A DNA stretch of 64,000 nt, from positions 416,001-480,000 of the forward strand of contig OY969763.1 in the NCBI GenBank assembly GCA_963702845.1, read 5' to 3'. Positions 51,401 to 62,042 of the stretch are shown one piece after another. Position numbers and translations under genes: made by a program. The stretch is from an uncultured Verrucomicrobiae bacterium (GTDB lineage: Bacteria > Verrucomicrobiota > Verrucomicrobiia > Limisphaerales > Palsa-1400). Positions within the stretch are counted from its first letter, which is position 1; the number at the start of each line of letters is the position of its first letter. The notes below the pieces were generated by a model. It made no database searches, was not told the DNA's origin, and was given only the letters and a program-made list of their open reading frames with translations.

Positions 51401-54400
51401 AGTTCGACGTTTGAGTGTGGCTCGAGCAACGCCCTGACCGTGACAGCATTCGGCACGACCAACGCCAACGGCCTTCTGACCTATCAATGGTATACGCCTG
51501 ATCCGAGTGGCACGGCCATTACGGATGCGACCAATTCAGTCCTGTCCTTCCCGACGGTTTCCTTTGCTAACGCGGGCAGCTACTCAGTGGTTGTGAGCAA
51601 CGCGCTCGGCAACTTCATCACCAGCTCGGTTGTCGTCGTGACCATTGAAGACACCAACGCACCTGTAATTAGCGTCATCGGCGGCGCAGCCACGGCTGAA
51701 TGTCACACCTCCTACAGCGATGCCGGCGCAACCGCGACCGACAGCTGCGACGGTTCTGTCAGTGTCAGCACGGCTGGTTTGCCGAACATTAATGCCACTG
51801 GCGATTACACCGTTACCTACACTGCGACCGATTCGCATGCCAACTCCAGCACGGCGACTCGTCTCGTTCACATTCAAGACACGACCGTGCCGACCCTCAC
51901 CTTGCTCGGCTCGGCCGAACTCACGATCAGCTGCGGCACGCCTTACAGCGATGCCGGTGCGACCGCGAGCGACTCGTGTGCAGGCACCATCACCGGGTCG
52001 ATCATCGTCAACTACGGCGGTTTAGTTCCCGCTGCCCCTATCGGCGGCGATTACACCATCACCTATAACGTCCAGGACCCATCCGGCAACGCCGCCATCG
52101 CGGTGACTCGTCTCGTCCACGTGGTTGACAGCACTCCGCCGGTCATCACCGTGCAAGGCGCGAGCCCTGTCACCGTCGAATGCCACAGCAGCTACACGGA
52201 TGCAGGCGCAACCGCCAACGACAACTGTGCTGGCGTCGTCACTCCGACGACCAGCGGCTCAGTAGATGCCAATACTGTTGGTAACTACACCCTCACCTAC
52301 TCCGCCACCGACGGCGTCAACATCTCGACGGCCACTCGCGTGGTCCATGTTACTGACACGACTGCTCCTGTCATCACCTTGAACGGTGGAGCGGCCGTGA
52401 CAAACGAATGCCACACTTCCTACAGCGACCCGAGCGCCTCGGCCAGCGATGATTGCGATGCCGGCGCGTTGGTCAGCACCAGTGGCACCGTTGACCTGAA
52501 CACCGTGGGTGTTTACACCCGCACCTACACGGCGACTGATGCTTCGGGCAATCACAGCTCGACCACTCGTCAGATCACGGTCAGCGATACAGTTGCCCCG
52601 GTGATCACAGTCACTGCCGGCGTTTCCACAGTTGAATGCCACACCTCATACACCGATGCTGGCGCGACCGCCGCTGATGCCTGCGATGCCGCCCCGAGCG
52701 TTGGCACAACTGGTTCAGTTGATGCGAACACGACTGGCAATTACACCATCACCTATACGGCGCAGGACGCGTCGGGTAACAGTTCCACCGCCACTCGCGT
52801 GGTGACCGTGGTTGATGGCACCGCCCCGGTGGTTACGCTCAATGGCGCTGCTTCCGTGACACTTGAGTGCCACGGCTCATTCAGTGACCCAGGCGCGAGC
52901 GCCTCGGATACCTGCGATGCCAGCGTCACCGTCTCCACCAGCGGCGTGTTAGACGCAAACACACCTGGTGTATACACCCTGACCTACAGCTCGACGGATC
53001 TTGCCAGCAACACCGGCACTGCGACCCGCACTGTTACCGTCTCTGATAACGCCGCTCCTGTGGTGACCTTGACTGGCGCAGCGAGCGTCACAGTGGAATG
53101 TCACAGCAGCTATACCGAAGCGGGTGCAACGGCCAACGATGCCTGCGAAGGTTCCGTCAGCGTGAACACGACTGGTTCAGTTGATGCGAACACTGTTGGT
53201 AACTACACCTTGACCTACGGAGCTTGCGACTCCGGCAGCCATTGCGCGGCAACCACTCGTATCGTCCACGTCATTGACACCGCCGCCCCTTTGGTGACGA
53301 TCAACGGCACCTCGCCGATGACGGTGGAATGCCATGGCAGCTTCAGCGATCCTGGTGCTACATCAGCCGATGATTGCGATGCCGGTCCGAGCGTCGTGAC
53401 CAGCGGCAGCGTCAATGCGAACGCGGTTGGTTTCTACACCTTGACCTATAGCTCGACAGATGCCGCCAACAACACCGGCAGCGCGACCCGCGTGGTTCAC
53501 GTCACTGATACGGTTGCTCCTGTCATCACCGTCACTGGCGGCGATCAAACCGTGGAATGCCACGACACCTTCACTGATGCCGGCGCAACCGCGGCGGACG
53601 CCTGCGAAGGCGATGTGAGCACCAACATTGCTGTGAGCGGCAGCGTCGATGCCAACACCGTTGGTGTCTACACCTTGACCTACAGCGTGGCCGATGGCAG
53701 CGGCAACCCCGCCTCCGCAACCCGTATCGTGACCGTCAATGACACGGTTCCTCCTGTGATTACCGTCACCGGTGGCACCACGGTCAGCGCCTGCCAATTC
53801 GTCGCGTATAACGATGCCGGCGCGACAGCAAATGACGCCTGCACCGGCAGCGTCAGCGTGAGCAGCAGCGGCAGCGTCGACACCAGCACCGCTGGAGCCT
53901 ATACCTTGACCTACAGCGCCCAGGACACGACCGGCAACACCGCCACGGCCATCCGCGTGGTCACCGTTGGTCCTTGCAACGCGGTTATCACCCAGCAACC
54001 GCATGACACCAACGTCAATGCGAACGCTTCGTTCACCTTGAGCGTGACAGCCGTTTCGGGCAACCCGATCACCTATCAGTGGAAGACCAATGGCGTTGCC
54101 ATCAGTGGGGCGACCGACTCGAGCTACACTGTGGCCCATGCCTTCCGTGGCAATGCCGGCACCTACACGGTTGACGTGATCAGTGGCGTGACGACCATCA
54201 CCAGCGACCCTGCAGTGGTGACCGTCCAGGATCCTGCCTTCACCATCAACCCGATATCGCAGACCTTGGCGGTTGGAGTGAATACGAACCTGAGCCTGGT
54301 GGCCGTTGCGGATGGCACCCCGACGCTGAGGTATCAATGGTACGTCAAGACTGCCCTCCACACCAATAAACTGGTCACCACCACCAATCTGACGATCAAA

Positions 54401-55429
54401 CCGTTGGCCCTTGGTTCAGCGGGCACCTACTTCTGCGTGGTGAGCAACGCCGGCCATGGCATTACCGCTACCAGCTCCATGGCTACCATTGCAGTCTATC
54501 AAGCGCCGAAGGTTTCGACCCCGGCCAACCAGACAAAGTTCGTTGGTCAGAACGCGATCTTCAAAGTGGCGGTTAGTCCGGCCACTGCGAACAATCCTCT
54601 CTATGGTGGCCCGGTCCACTATCAATGGGTTCAAGGGCCGCCCGACAACTACACTGTGTTGATTGATAACGGCCATTACGCCGGCACGACCACCACGACC
54701 ATGACGATCGTGAACGTGCAGACCGGCGATGCGTCGGTTGCTCATACCCCGACGGGCTATCGTTGTATGGTCAACAACGGGGCTCCGACGAACGTGTTTA
54801 GCGCCTTCGGTGCGGGGTTGACCGTCAGACAATACACCAACCCCCCTGTGGTTGTGATCAATCCCACCGGCACTGGCCTTGTCACCAGCTCGAACATGAA
54901 CATAGCTGGAACAGTAACCGACAAAGGCCTGGTCACGGACGTCTCGCTCAAGCAGATCACCGTTGATGCCACCAACACGCTGCCCTCGGACATCACCTAC
55001 AAGACCAACGCCGCGCATCAACAAATGCCTGGCAATGTCCTGTGGACCAACGCCGTCACCTTGACCCCCGGCACGAATGCATTCACAGCCACGGCTGTTG
55101 ACGGCGAAGGCAACACCGGCACGAACAAGCCAGTGCGCAACATCTACCTCCTCGTGCCGCAGGCACTGACCCTGGCCACCAACGGCCCCGGCACCATTCA
55201 GATCACCTCGCTGGGTGTCCTTGGTAAACCGCTCATCGGAACGACCAACGTCTACCAGGGCATTGGTTACACCCTCAAGGCCCTGCCCAAAGTCGGCGTC
55301 CACACCTTCCTTGGTTGGACCGACGGTGACAACAACGCCTATTACGGCACCGGCCCGATCATCATCACCAACACCCTGCACTTCATCATGCCGGGAACAA
55401 ACCTGACCCTCCGCGCCAACTTTAACTAA
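48437..55429 (+). CDS. Giant secreted adhesin-like protein: autotransporter-associated beta-strand repeats, Ig domains, ten DUF5011-like repeats, InlB-B-like C-terminus
   Basis: Signal peptide MKKLLVSAALVVLCAQNATA; K.G.G..TLSG.NTYSG.T repeats; YQW Ig modules; ten D..APV.T...ECH..Y.D.GA.A.D.C repeats; ORF track starts at 48323. Confidence 0.88.
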   Translation: MKKLLVSAALVVLCAQNATASIFFDVNSTTAGTGITSGGSFTWEGNFWTTTSGGTTATTAYDTLAPTDGTFFPRFTSSVTGGYTVTANANHSIAGMLMSTTTGTLTIQGTGVLSINAGLQGFFGGSGFMSISSKLTGPGGVVGSSGQIFLNGVNDYAGGTTPGSGLINFNSGSSFGTGHFVMTSSGGALIVEGTSAITITNDWDLSLATTTINCVGNPAGVTYSGVIPLGANTFNIGSGGATANINTFSGLISGTGNLGRSAGQSPAGIIVLTGANTYTGKTSLQSGNTSVSSINSVTTPAQQTTSCLGKPSSAANGILAFGGTTVPGILTYTGTGETTDRVIDLAGTSGGATIDQSGTGLLKFTSANTASGIGSKTLTLQGATAGTGEFAGIISDNTTVGSTVTTFSFPINSVNITNASVDGMTVGAAIAGTGIAGGATITAINTATKVVTITPAATSAGTLGETITVAGTKNLTSVLKTGSGKWTLSGVNTYSGTTTLNTAGQLNLANSSSLGTSAFVIAQNGLFDNVSGGDLTIANSIALSGGSPTYVGSANNMTITGPASIAGATRTITVTAKTLTLTQGITQDSARAFTKAGNGTLVLSGACAYTGATTINGGTLRVDGSTSSSSAVTVAAAGTLGGNGTVAGTVTVNGTISPGASPGTLTTGAETWAGAGNYVWEINDFNGSIGSAYDTINATSANITATTGSKFNIKVTSLNGTSAGTAVNFNGNTDYDFTILHTTGGITGNGVAALNVDTSAFQNTLGNGGFFFLTISGNDLVLSYRRAAFIASNPGSLALAAGATANFSGSATGSGSVTYQWKKGGVNLSNGSQPGNSVVSGATTAALTVLGVTYQDEGAYTLVATGTYGAAATSSAAALTVTDPPVITSPTSDSTVVKDAGQNQVLTVTQTGRVGTYQWKKGAGNLSNGAFDNAATVSGATAATLTLASVRGADAGIYSVVITTTDGNATSANTTLQVNDPAIAIQPASSTFECGSSNALTVTAFGTTNANGLLTYQWYTPDPSGTAITDATNSVLSFPTVSFANAGSYSVVVSNALGNFITSSVVVVTIEDTNAPVISVIGGAATAECHTSYSDAGATATDSCDGSVSVSTAGLPNINATGDYTVTYTATDSHANSSTATRLVHIQDTTVPTLTLLGSAELTISCGTPYSDAGATASDSCAGTITGSIIVNYGGLVPAAPIGGDYTITYNVQDPSGNAAIAVTRLVHVVDSTPPVITVQGASPVTVECHSSYTDAGATANDNCAGVVTPTTSGSVDANTVGNYTLTYSATDGVNISTATRVVHVTDTTAPVITLNGGAAVTNECHTSYSDPSASASDDCDAGALVSTSGTVDLNTVGVYTRTYTATDASGNHSSTTRQITVSDTVAPVITVTAGVSTVECHTSYTDAGATAADACDAAPSVGTTGSVDANTTGNYTITYTAQDASGNSSTATRVVTVVDGTAPVVTLNGAASVTLECHGSFSDPGASASDTCDASVTVSTSGVLDANTPGVYTLTYSSTDLASNTGTATRTVTVSDNAAPVVTLTGAASVTVECHSSYTEAGATANDACEGSVSVNTTGSVDANTVGNYTLTYGACDSGSHCAATTRIVHVIDTAAPLVTINGTSPMTVECHGSFSDPGATSADDCDAGPSVVTSGSVNANAVGFYTLTYSSTDAANNTGSATRVVHVTDTVAPVITVTGGDQTVECHDTFTDAGATAADACEGDVSTNIAVSGSVDANTVGVYTLTYSVADGSGNPASATRIVTVNDTVPPVITVTGGTTVSACQFVAYNDAGATANDACTGSVSVSSSGSVDTSTAGAYTLTYSAQDTTGNTATAIRVVTVGPCNAVITQQPHDTNVNANASFTLSVTAVSGNPITYQWKTNGVAISGATDSSYTVAHAFRGNAGTYTVDVISGVTTITSDPAVVTVQDPAFTINPISQTLAVGVNTNLSLVAVADGTPTLRYQWYVKTALHTNKLVTTTNLTIKPLALGSAGTYFCVVSNAGHGITATSSMATIAVYQAPKVSTPANQTKFVGQNAIFKVAVSPATANNPLYGGPVHYQWVQGPPDNYTVLIDNGHYAGTTTTTMTIVNVQTGDASVAHTPTGYRCMVNNGAPTNVFSAFGAGLTVRQYTNPPVVVINPTGTGLVTSSNMNIAGTVTDKGLVTDVSLKQITVDATNTLPSDITYKTNAAHQQMPGNVLWTNAVTLTPGTNAFTATAVDGEGNTGTNKPVRNIYLLVPQALTLATNGPGTIQITSLGVLGKPLIGTTNVYQGIGYTLKALPKVGVHTFLGWTDGDNNAYYGTGPIIITNTLHFIMPGTNLTLRANFN
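51650..53970 (+). repeat. Ten tandem ~77-aa Ig-like (DUF5011-like) coding repeats
   Basis: Counted in the translation; each has two conserved Cys. Confidence 0.85.
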
Positions 55430-55454
55430 CGCGCGAAGATAAATCGCTAAACTC

Positions 55455-55489
55455 AAAGCGCCCTCGACCATTTCGAGGGCGCTTTTTTT
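55455..55489 (+). terminator. Rho-independent terminator
   Basis: AAAGCGCCCTCGA-ccatt-TCGAGGGCGCTTT followed by a T run. Confidence 0.9.
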
Positions 55490-55539
55490 GTTTCTTTGAC
55501 AAGTCGTGCCTTTAGCATGCTGCCGATGGCGAAGTAACT

Positions 55540-57114
55540 ATGCGTTTAATTTCCAAGTTTTTCATGATGACTATGGTCGCCTCCAGCATGGTCGTGCGGG
55601 CAGAGGTGATTGAATCGGACATCTGCGTCTTCGGCGGCACATCAGCTGGTGTCATCGCTGCCGTCCAATCGGCGCGCATGGGGAAGAAGGTCGTTCTGAC
55701 GGAAGTGGGGCAGCACTTGGGTGGAATGACCAGCGGCGGCTTGAGCCAGACGGATATCGGCAATAAAGCAGCTATCGGCGGCGTCGCCCGTGAATTCTAT
55801 CACCGTATGGGCCGGCACTACGGCACGAACGAAGTCTGGAAGCTCGAACCCAGTGTCGCGGAATCGGTGTTCAAGCACATGTTGGCGGAGGCGCGCGTCC
55901 TCGTTTATTTCGATCAACGACTCAGCTCGGTGAAAAAGAAAAAGGGCCGCATCACCGAAATTAAAATGGAAGGCGGCACCGTTTTTCGTTCCACCGAATT
56001 CATCGATGCGACCTACGAGGGCGATCTCATGGCCAAAGCCGGCGTCAGTTACACGGTCGGTCGCGAAGCCACCGCCCAATATGGCGAGACGCTCAACGGC
56101 ATTCGCAAGCAAACTCCGAAACACCAGTTTACCGTCCTGGTTGATCCGTATTTGAAACCCGGCAACACCAAAAGTGGTTTGCTGCCATGGATTCAAACCC
56201 AGCCGCTCGGCACGCCGGGCGCTGCAGATCGGTCCGTTCAGGCCTACAACTTTCGCCTTTGCCTAACGCAAAACCAAACCAACAAAATTCCCATCCAACC
56301 GCCGCCTGACTATCGCGAATCGGATTACGAACTCCTCGCGCGCTACATCGAAGCGCTCGTCGCTGCCGGCAAGATGCCGAAGCTCGGCCAGCTCATGCAC
56401 ATTCAACCGATGCCGCACGACAAAACCGACATCAACAACAACGGCGGGTTCTCGACCGATTTCATCGGCGAAAACTATGACTATCCCGAAGCGAGCTACC
56501 GTCGCCGGTTCGACATCTGGAAAGCGCACGAAAATTATACGCGCGGCTTTCTCCATTTCCTGGCGACCAGTTCGCGCGTGCCGGAAAGTATTCGCACCGA
56601 GATGCAAAGCTGGGGCCTCTGCCGCGATGAATTTAAAGACACCGGCGGCTGGCCGCATCAACTCTACGTCCGCGAAGCCCGCCGCATGGTCGCGGATGTC
56701 GTCATGACTGAAAGCCACTGTCGCGCGAAGGAAGTTGTTCGTGATCCAATTGGCCTGGCGGCTTACCAAATGGACTCTCACAACTGCCGTCGCATCGTCC
56801 GCGATGGCCACGTCGAAAACGAAGGCGACGTGCAGGTTGCGCCGATGAAGCCCTATCCGATTTCCTTCCGCTCCATCGTTCCGAAACAAAAGGAATGCGA
56901 GAACCTTATCGTTCCCGTCTGTCTTTCCGCGACCCACATCGCCTATGGCTCGATTCGGATGGAGCCGGTGTTCATGGTGCTCGGCCAATCTGCTGCGACG
57001 ATTGCTGCTGCGGCCGTCGACGAACACGCCGCCGTCCAAAGCATCAACTACTCCAACCTACGCGAGCGTTTAGTCAAAGACGGCCAGGTTCTCGAGTGGA
57101 AGGGCGCAAAGTAA
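55540..57114 (+). CDS. Exported FAD-dependent oxidoreductase
   Basis: GGTSAG, LGGMTSGGL, FIDATYEGDL, LYVREARR, DSHN, SIRMEP. Confidence 0.85.
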   Translation: MRLISKFFMMTMVASSMVVRAEVIESDICVFGGTSAGVIAAVQSARMGKKVVLTEVGQHLGGMTSGGLSQTDIGNKAAIGGVAREFYHRMGRHYGTNEVWKLEPSVAESVFKHMLAEARVLVYFDQRLSSVKKKKGRITEIKMEGGTVFRSTEFIDATYEGDLMAKAGVSYTVGREATAQYGETLNGIRKQTPKHQFTVLVDPYLKPGNTKSGLLPWIQTQPLGTPGAADRSVQAYNFRLCLTQNQTNKIPIQPPPDYRESDYELLARYIEALVAAGKMPKLGQLMHIQPMPHDKTDINNNGGFSTDFIGENYDYPEASYRRRFDIWKAHENYTRGFLHFLATSSRVPESIRTEMQSWGLCRDEFKDTGGWPHQLYVREARRMVADVVMTESHCRAKEVVRDPIGLAAYQMDSHNCRRIVRDGHVENEGDVQVAPMKPYPISFRSIVPKQKECENLIVPVCLSATHIAYGSIRMEPVFMVLGQSAATIAAAAVDEHAAVQSINYSNLRERLVKDGQVLEWKGAK

Positions 57115-57152
57115 GGGTTGTATGCGACTACATGATATGGTTACGTGAAGTA

Positions 57153-58386
<1,234 letters not shown>

Positions 58387-58558
58387 GTGGCAAAAGCGAA
58401 AGCTCCAAAAAGCTGAGGTCCAACGTCCAACGTCGGATAACCTCGATCAGGTTTGGATCGAGGGGAGGACAAGGACGACGGGAGGGCGAATGACTTTTGC
58501 CCCATACCGAACCCCCTTCGGACCCGTCCTGCCGTCCCAACGCCGGGAAATTCAAAAA

Positions 58559-58652
58559 TGTGGCACATTGTGGCACATTCTTTCCCATTCCTTCTCTTTG
58601 GAGAAACATGGAGAAACATCCGAGAAGGGTTGGAGAAACATTTGTTTCTCCA
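58559..58652. repeat. 10-bp tandem repeats and a 10-bp inverted repeat
   Basis: TGTGGCACAT x2 (58559-58578), GGAGAAACAT x2 (58600-58619), TGGAGAAACA-tt-TGTTTCTCCA (58631-58652). Confidence 0.8.
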
Positions 58653-58741
58653 TTTTACCGACGATCGCCGATATCAAGTTTTTCGTTTTAGTCGCCATTA
58701 CAAATGTCAAAGAACAGTTTGCTGATATTAGCAGCGGCTTG

Positions 58742-58770
58742 ATATTATAGTGAAGCAGCTAACGTGTCAA
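58742..58770 (-). promoter_or_regulatory. Sigma70-like promoter, copy B of the dispersed module
   Basis: Minus strand TTGACA-CGTTAGCTGCTTCAC-TATAATAT. Confidence 0.65.
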
Positions 58771-58806
58771 GATGCGGACATTGGAACAAAGGCTGAAGGC
58801 TAAATT

Positions 58807-59244
58807 CTAAAGGCTAAAGTTGTGGCGGTTATCCGGAACTTCAGATGCTACCGCGCTCAGGTGATTCGGTCGCAGATACCACCAGTTCCAAAAGTTTGCG
58901 GCGAAGAGGCCGCCGGCGGTGTAGCAGAAGACGTCGTGGTAGTCGGACGTCGCGTAGCGAGAGAAGAATGTGGTGGATGGGAGATAGCGTTCGAACATCA
59001 ACGACCAAAGGATCAGCGGGACAATGAGTTCAATCGGATGAGGAGCGGAGTCGTCGTGACGGAGTCGGAGTTTGCGCATTAGGAAGAGCATCACCGGGAC
59101 CCACATCGGAAGACACATGCAGTCGTTCAGGTATGACCGGGAGAATTCGTTTGGGAGGTACGGTTTGATGATGCAGCGGTTCAGCGCGTAGATGATGATG
59201 CACGCAAGGAACAGCGGGTCTTTGAGGTAGCGGAACGGTTTCAT
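58807..59244 (-). CDS. Hypothetical small membrane protein
   Basis: Hydrophobic segments with SYLND and D..D...Y..GG; start overlaps the upstream stop. Confidence 0.6.
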   Translation of the reverse strand: MKPFRYLKDPLFLACIIIYALNRCIIKPYLPNEFSRSYLNDCMCLPMWVPVMLFLMRKLRLRHDDSAPHPIELIVPLILWSLMFERYLPSTTFFSRYATSDYHDVFCYTAGGLFAANFWNWWYLRPNHLSAVASEVPDNRHNFSL

Positions 59245-59888
59245 CAGTGGCCACTCGGGACATGAAGGCCGGTGATCATAATTGCGAGGATGGTCGCGGC
59301 AATGACAGTGGCAAAGAGCCGAAAGACTAGCGATGTGACTGGATGATCAGATAATTGGGTGGTCTTGACTCCTGAGATACAGATCAGCGCGGCGGCGAAT
59401 CCGCAGATGATGGAGCAATTGACCATCCCTCGTGCGGCAGGCGCTTTGAGAAATTGCGGGAAGGTCATTTTGCGTTCTTTGGGTCGTGGATTTTTGTTGG
59501 CCAGGTCGCAATTGATGCCGATGCCGCCGGGTTTGTTGTCGGCACCGTAGGAGGTGATAATGCAGTGCGGGCCAGTGACGGAGTATTGGAACGGATGGTG
59601 CCAGCCATCTGTAAGGGGTTCGGCGTATGAAATACCATTGGTGGAAGCGTCGATCGCTTGTTCAAGTGATTGGGGAAGCGAGTTGGACTTCTGAATGTAT
59701 TCCTTCACTGTTTGATCGAGATATTCGAGTCGCCAGCGTGTCACCATTTGTTCGCGACAGAGGTATTCGTTGTAGTGTTCGACCACATTGTTGTACCACG
59801 CAATGTAGATGGAAATTGCGGCGACGATTGCTCCGACGATTAGGCCCAGAAGGAGGCGGACGAGGAGCATGCTGCGTTTGTTTTCCAT
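59244..59888 (-). CDS. Membrane protein with a GspG-like (type II secretion pseudopilin) domain
   Basis: DGWHHPFQY...SYGADNKPGG.G...DL between N- and C-terminal TM helices. Confidence 0.65.
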   Translation of the reverse strand: MENKRSMLLVRLLLGLIVGAIVAAISIYIAWYNNVVEHYNEYLCREQMVTRWRLEYLDQTVKEYIQKSNSLPQSLEQAIDASTNGISYAEPLTDGWHHPFQYSVTGPHCIITSYGADNKPGGIGINCDLANKNPRPKERKMTFPQFLKAPAARGMVNCSIICGFAAALICISGVKTTQLSDHPVTSLVFRLFATVIAATILAIMITGLHVPSGH

Positions 59889-59972
59889 GGAGCAGGTTTG
59901 CTTTGGTTGTTTCTGTGAGGGGTTGTAGCGCGATTGGGGTGGAAAGGGAATGGGAATGTTTCCGGGTGCGCG

Positions 59973-60015
59973 CGGAATTTTCGTAGCGGCGCATCGAGTG
60001 CCGCTACGAAAAGAA
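59973..60015. repeat. Palindromic repeat, copy 1
   Basis: CGGAATTTTCG-hairpin-TACGAAAAGAA, similar to 61412-61454. Confidence 0.65.
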
Positions 60016-60309
60016 TGATTCTGTAGAGGATCGACGTCGCGGTGCGGTGCGGATTTTTTGACCGGTTTTGGTTGCTTGCGCACGGTTCCACCTTCGCCAA
60101 GGCTACGGTGGACGGGTGCGTGTTCAATCGTGGGCAGATCGGTTTTGGCGAAAGTTGGTTGGTAGCCCGTCGCCTGGCGCTTCTTAGGCACGAGCAGGAT
60201 CAATTGATCAGATCAGTGGATCGGATCAAATATTTAACAGAAGGAAACGAACGGAACGAAGGATAGGGAAAGAGGAAGTGGGAAGAAGCGGAATGGCCGC
60301 GGGTGTCAC

Positions 60310-61323
60310 TCACCACCACGGGCCTTTTTTGTATATGACCGAGCTGGTGCCGCCGGCGCGTTGGCCGAACTGATTGATGACGTAGACTTCCTGGTCGGGG
60401 TAGTCGGCCCAGACATCGCCGTCGGGAGATTTGGCGGTGGTGCGAACCGGTGAACCGTTGGACAGGCGTTGGTAGGTGAGTGAGCAAACGTGTTTGCCAT
60501 TGTGGATGACTTTGGTTTCGTTGACCCAGTTTTTGAGGTCGCGCGAGTAGCGGAATTCTAAAACATTGTTGGTGTCCGAGCTGTAGGTTTGCGCGATGGG
60601 AATGCCAGCAGAGAATTCTTCAGTGCCGTAGAGGTTGCCCGCAGCACTATAGGCGTCGCGGCGAATCAAGGTGCCGTTGTCGTCGTAGGTGTATTTTCCG
60701 TTGACGGTGAGTTTGGCGCCTTCGAATTGTTTTAGGGTTGTGCGGTTACCGGTATTTGGATCGATGTCAATTTCCTGGGACCGCGAAGTGTCGCGACGGG
60801 GCGGCACCTGTTTATGGATGAGGATGCCGGCGCCGTTGTAGGAGAAGATGTAGCGGAATTTTTCTGAACCATTGGGGTCGTAGTTGCGTTGTTCGACGCC
60901 GCCGTTGGTTTGGGTGTTGATGAGGTAGGCGGTGAGAACGTTGTGGACGGTGAGGAAGTCCATTCGTTTGACACAGCCGGCGTCGGTGAACTGAACTTTT
61001 ACGATGCCGGTGCGTTCGCCGTTGGCGAAGGTTTCGAAATGGTCGGGCAGTTTGTTGTCGCTAGTGTAGTGGAAGACTTCTTCTGCTGTTTTCTTGCCGT
61101 CCCGGATGATTTCGATTCGGGTATAGCGCCCGGCGGGATCCTGTTCGACGTCGTATCTTTTTCCTTTCGGACCGGGCGGGTTGAGTTCGCCTCGGAAAGC
61201 GAACAGGCCGCACTGCACGTCGAGTCGATAGCGATAGGAGTGCATTGCGGCATCAGCGTTTGGCGAAGATGAAGCGAATGCGAGCGTTGATGCGAGCGCC
61301 AAGGTGAACGGCTTTATTCCCAT
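60310..61323 (-). CDS. Hypothetical exported protein with YD/MORN-like beta-hairpin repeats
   Basis: Signal peptide; recurring Y(D/N)xxG units. Confidence 0.65.
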   Translation of the reverse strand: MGIKPFTLALASTLAFASSSPNADAAMHSYRYRLDVQCGLFAFRGELNPPGPKGKRYDVEQDPAGRYTRIEIIRDGKKTAEEVFHYTSDNKLPDHFETFANGERTGIVKVQFTDAGCVKRMDFLTVHNVLTAYLINTQTNGGVEQRNYDPNGSEKFRYIFSYNGAGILIHKQVPPRRDTSRSQEIDIDPNTGNRTTLKQFEGAKLTVNGKYTYDDNGTLIRRDAYSAAGNLYGTEEFSAGIPIAQTYSSDTNNVLEFRYSRDLKNWVNETKVIHNGKHVCSLTYQRLSNGSPVRTTAKSPDGDVWADYPDQEVYVINQFGQRAGGTSSVIYKKGPWW

Positions 61324-61411
61324 GCCGTTGTTGTAGCGAAGGGGCGGAGATTCGGCAAGGGGATCAGGGGATCAGAAAGCGCCGAGTGATGAGTGACGAG
61401 CGCGAGGTTTT

Positions 61412-61454
61412 CGGAATTTTCGCATCGTCGCGTCGAACGCCGATACGAAAAGAA
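61412..61454. repeat. Palindromic repeat, copy 2
   Basis: CGGAATTTTCG-hairpin-TACGAAAAGAA. Confidence 0.65.
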
Positions 61455-61532
61455 ATAGAATTCTAGACTTTGCCGTTTCCGTGGGATGAATCACCACGGC
61501 TACCTTCGGGTCACCGCTACGCGGTTTCGGAA

Positions 61533-62042
61533 CTAAATCTTCGTCGAGTCATAGGCCCAATGGAGCAAGGCTTGCCGTTGCGCCGGCCTACATGACAGGT
61601 CGCCGGGGCGGCAGTTGGCTTTGATTTGGCCGATGTGGCGGCGGATGGCTTTCCAGCGTTTGATTTGGCGCAGGTCTTCTTCGGGCATGCGCCGGCCCAT
61701 GTAATATCGGCAATACCATTGGAACCAGCCGCGCGGGTCGTCGGGATGGATCCAGCCTTTGCGCCGCCATTCGGCTAGTGGTTGACTGGCGTTGATCTGG
61801 AAGTAGTTGAGCATGGGGTCGCGCCGTTCAGGTGACAGCTTGGCGTGGGTGAACCAGCTTTTTGGAAATTCGGCCTGGCAGTCGGTTATGTATTTGCCAC
61901 CGAAGATTCCCATCTTAAGCATTTGCGTCGGGGTCAGTTCGGGTTTGAATTCGGGATGGAAGTTGCGACCGACGGGCTCGGTGCAGTAGTAAACATAGCG
62001 CTTCTGCATCTTGTCGTTTACGAGCACCTTACGGGTTTGCAT
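61533..62042 (-). CDS. Conserved hypothetical protein
   Basis: F.PELTP..ML..G.FGGKY and W..KGWI..DDPRGWFQWYCRYY.GRR motifs. Confidence 0.75.
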   Translation of the reverse strand: MQTRKVLVNDKMQKRYVYYCTEPVGRNFHPEFKPELTPTQMLKMGIFGGKYITDCQAEFPKSWFTHAKLSPERRDPMLNYFQINASQPLAEWRRKGWIHPDDPRGWFQWYCRYYMGRRMPEEDLRQIKRWKAIRRHIGQIKANCRPGDLSCRPAQRQALLHWAYDSTKI

